Shown: positions 60,400-64,000 of the stretch, in pieces
How positions within the stretch are numbered: position 1 is the stretch's first letter
Layout of the letters: each line of letters begins with the position of its first letter
DNA from: Eledone cirrhosa
Taxonomy: Eukaryota
Direction: 5' to 3'
DNA: 64,000 bases
Assembly: GCA_964016885.1 (NCBI GenBank)
Contig: OZ024749.1
Coordinates: 19,220,001-19,284,000, forward strand
Notes under the pieces: generated by a model
What the model saw: only the letters and a program-made list of their open reading frames with translations
Database searches by the model: none
What the model was told of the DNA's origin: nothing
Translations under genes and position numbers: made by a program

Positions 60400-61143
60400 A
60401 CAGCAATGTTACATGGCAGTGAGACCTGGGCATTGTGTGCAGAGGATATACGCAGACTGGAGAGAAACGAAGCTTGCATGCTCCGCTGGATGTGTAATAG
60501 TAATATACGTGAACGGCAAAGCATAAACTAACTAAGGGAGAAATTAGAAATAAAAGGGATCAGATGTTGTTTACTCGAGAGAAGACAACGTTGGTATGGT
60601 CACTTGATGCGCATGAAATACAACAGCTGTATAAAAAAGTGCAGAGCAATAAAAATAGACGGTAGTCACGGAGTAGGCAGACCCAGAAAAACCTGGGATG
60701 GCTTGATAAATTCCGACCTCACACACTTACACCTCTCCAAGACAATGTCACTGGACCGAGATCTTTGGCGCTACACAGTAATAGAGAAGACCCGCCTTAC
60801 CTAAGTGCAAAGTGAAACCTACTACAGTCAGTAGGCACCTCTAACAAAATACACCCCCGTCCCACTACCCCCACCCCATCCACACCACCCCTTCCAATGT
60901 AAAGTTATGTTGGTACCACAACATCCAGCCCGAAACAAATGAGGTCGTGTAGGTGTCACGACAAAAAAAACACACAGTCCACGCTGTAATGTGGCCATGT
61001 AGGTAATACGGTAAAAGCCTCCCAGTTCCACACTGTAAATGTGGTTGATGTTAGAAACGGCATCCAGCCGTAGAAAACCCACCTGACCGTCCAAACCCAT
61101 GCGAGCGTGGAATATGGACGTTAAACGATGATGATGATGATGA
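60400..61143 (+). mobile_element. 5'-truncated RTE family A 3' end
   Basis: Matches 35965-36689. Confidence 0.9.
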
Positions 61144-61656
61144 TATATACATTGGTGAGGAGGGTGACTTTGGACATCCTGCAGGACTAAAAACGAAACC
61201 TGTCAAAGGGCAAAGGAGCTTTTAAGAGTCAATGGCCATCCAAAATCACCGGGAGAGATGACCCCTTAGCCTTTGTCAAGGCAGAATTCTAGGAGAAGGA
61301 AAACTCTGATATAACACCTGCAACCCTGATGGTGTCCAATGATGTTGACTTGTTCTTTTTGGTAAATATCATCTTGGTTAAGAGAGTGGGACTGGCTTTG
61401 TGCAGTGTCTTTGCTCACTGTAAAAGCTTCACGGCACAGGCATTGCTTTATATCTGGAGATCTCTCTGCACTTGTCGTCACATGGTACCATGGGCCCAGC
61501 ACTATGTGTCAATAATTGTCACAAGTGTAGTGTTTGTACTAGAGTTTTCAAGTCGCTGGCTGGACTAAAAAGTCACACTCGTTCAGCGCATCGGTAGAGG
61601 TTCTCCTACATGGATATAAAGTAGTGGCCGTACTCGAAAACGAGTTGGCAGCCACC

Positions 61657-61690
<34 letters not shown>

Positions 61691-61699
61691 ATATATATC

Positions 61700-61770
<71 letters not shown>

Positions 61771-61959
61771 ATATATGGTTGAAAATCAAGTTTGACAAGT
61801 TCACCAGAGTTTCTCTCAGGGTCTCTCTCTCCAGTTATAATTAGCCAACTTATTATTGATACAGCTGTCATATAGTATTGCTCCACTTTTTAATCAACAC
61901 CTCTGCTCCTCTCCCTCTCTCTGTCTGGCTATATATATATATATATATACATACATACA

Positions 61960-62097
<138 letters not shown>

Positions 62098-62291
62098 TAT
62101 TACTATTATTTTTATCATGATTATGAGGGCTTAATTAACCCTGTTCTGTGGCTCATTATAACTGTGGGAGGAGAGAGAGAGATTAAGAGGAGCAGGGAGA
62201 GAGAGAGAGGGAGTTTGGCATATCTTGTCAGATTAAAGATTGATGACTGAGTGAGTGTAGGCTGGGTTTTATGGGGAACAAGTTGTGAGTA

Positions 62292-62437
62292 GATGAGGTT
62301 GGTGTTAGGAAGGGCATCAAGCCAGAATCAGTTCCTGTATGAGCAAGACAAGGTCATCTGACCTGGCCATTGCCCACACCAGGAAAAACCCGTCTAACCC
62401 ATGCTAGCGTGGATGAATGGACGTATAATGGTGATGA

Positions 62438-62441
<4 letters not shown>
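62292..62441 (+). mobile_element. RTE family B 3' UTR fragment
   Basis: ATGAGGTTGGTGTTAGGAAGGGCATC...CCCATGCTAGCGTGGA; (GAT)n tail. Confidence 0.8.
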
Positions 62442-62490
<49 letters not shown>

Positions 62491-62718
62491 CATTATCGGA
62501 GAAAGCTTTTTAACGATGCTCTGGCCAAATTCCAACTCACTCAACAAACATTAGGAAATAAGTGAGTATATTCCTAATTATGCGTTCGGGGTGCTAACTA
62601 AATGTATTGTGTGGAAAATTGGCTGTATTATTTCATATGAGACATATCGAATATATCTCTTCCCAGACGGACGTCTCGTTTCATTATAGGATTCCTACAA
62701 TTTGGGTGAAATTATACC

Positions 62719-62769
<51 letters not shown>

Positions 62770-63276
62770 TATACAATCATACATATGTATGTGGGTCTGT
62801 GTATATATATATATATGAAAAATACAATATGTATACACACACACACATTTACATATATATATATAATTCAAAATTCAATAACACCAAGGATTAGTAATAT
62901 TATTATTATTATCTATTTATATATCTACGGTCGTTTCAACACCGCAAGAGTATCTCATCAATTGTGGAGAAAAAACAGATATTATCTGTTAACCATTTAG
63001 CATTTAAGACTTAACTCTTTAGCATTTAAACTGGCCATTTCTGGCCAGATTCTCTCATCTCTATCTGTTCAAACCAGCTGTAACCGGTCGATCATACTGA
63101 TGTTAAGGTATTGTTCTCAACATAAATAATATCAAAATCACATAGATTCAATATTATGCGAGATAATTATGTGAGGTAAAGCCTTTACCATGAAAATATA
63201 ATACTAAAGGGTTACGTTACTCCATTATAGGTGCTATACTTAAAACTGTGTTGAAACCACTGTAGATGTATAAAGA

Positions 63277-63478
63277 AATAATAATAATAATAATTGTTTC
63301 TACTTTTGGCACAAGGCCAGCAAAAACCCAGTGCATTACTGGTACTTTATTTTATCTACCCCGTAAGGATGAAAGGCAAAGTTTACCTTGACAGGATTTG
63401 AACTCGGACCGTAAAGGGACGTAACTATGCTGGAAAGCATGGCGTCCGACCTTCTACTAATACTGCCAATCCCCCGCC
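63277..63478 (-). mobile_element. SINE S2 inserted in (AAT)n
   Basis: Reverse complement of 13800-13985 family. Confidence 0.88.
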
Positions 63479-63645
63479 TTAATAATAATAATAATAATAA
63501 TCCTGTGTCTTATTGAATTTTGAATTGTAAATGCTCTGCTACTATAACTGTTCCCTCCTGAAGAACGAATGGTAAAAATGTGTATTGAACTTAACTTGTC
63601 TTACCAATTAGAATAGTGAACTATTACACTATAACCTCATATATA

Positions 63646-63687
<42 letters not shown>

Positions 63688-63806
63688 ATGTGTGTGTGTA
63701 TATATATATATGTATGTATGTAAAAGGTAAACAGAAATAATAACACAATCGGTACAGTATATGGAAGGTATATATTAGGTTAACGCTTGATATAGCAGGA
63801 AGAGGG

Positions 63807-63842
63807 TCTTAACGTTTTGGACGCTAGTCCTTCATCAGAAGA
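63807..63842 (-). ncRNA. Minimal hammerhead motif with G12 to A change (probably inactive)
   Basis: Minus strand: TCTT-CTGATGA-A-GGAC TAGC GTCC-AAAA-CG-TT-AAGA. Confidence 0.65.
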
Positions 63843-64000
63843 AAGAATGAGAAATAAGATAGATTGAGGGGCCGGGCAGGATGGAATTGGAAAAAATGTC
63901 CTTAGATAAAAATAACAGGTCCATTCATGTTGACATCGCTTGCAAAACTGTTGTCACAGTCCTTCATCATCTCCTCTGCGGTCTGCTCTCACCACTTCCG

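Noticed and set aside
61150-61660. Unique-looking GC-richer segment as a host exon
   Set aside because: No convincing ORF, domain or splice pattern; likely an unrecognised repeat fragment, unresolved without a search.

Overview
Eukaryotic, gene-free, repeat-saturated DNA. The SINE and RTE types suggest an octopod cephalopod (inference only). No host protein-coding gene is supported; most ORF-track entries (IYIYIY, ERERER, VCVCVC) are microsatellite translations. The window is a long (TA)n/(AT)nG array filled with retroelements: several RTE-clade LINEs (one essentially full length, with a PHD-type zinc finger inside the RT), a CR1-type LINE, two tRNA-derived SINE families, and many Penelope-like element (PLE) pieces of the Naiad type (CxCx5C + GIY-YIG). 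Main unannotated signal: about 15 type I hammerhead ribozyme (HHR) motifs from about 9 sequence families, read by eye. Most sit near the outer ends of head-to-head inverted repeats in which only one arm carries an extra tail of about 75-90 nt. Three short near-perfect palindromes look like ribozymes folded back at their own stem II, and a fourth folds back at the start of stem I. All folds and family names are by inspection; no search or folding program was run.
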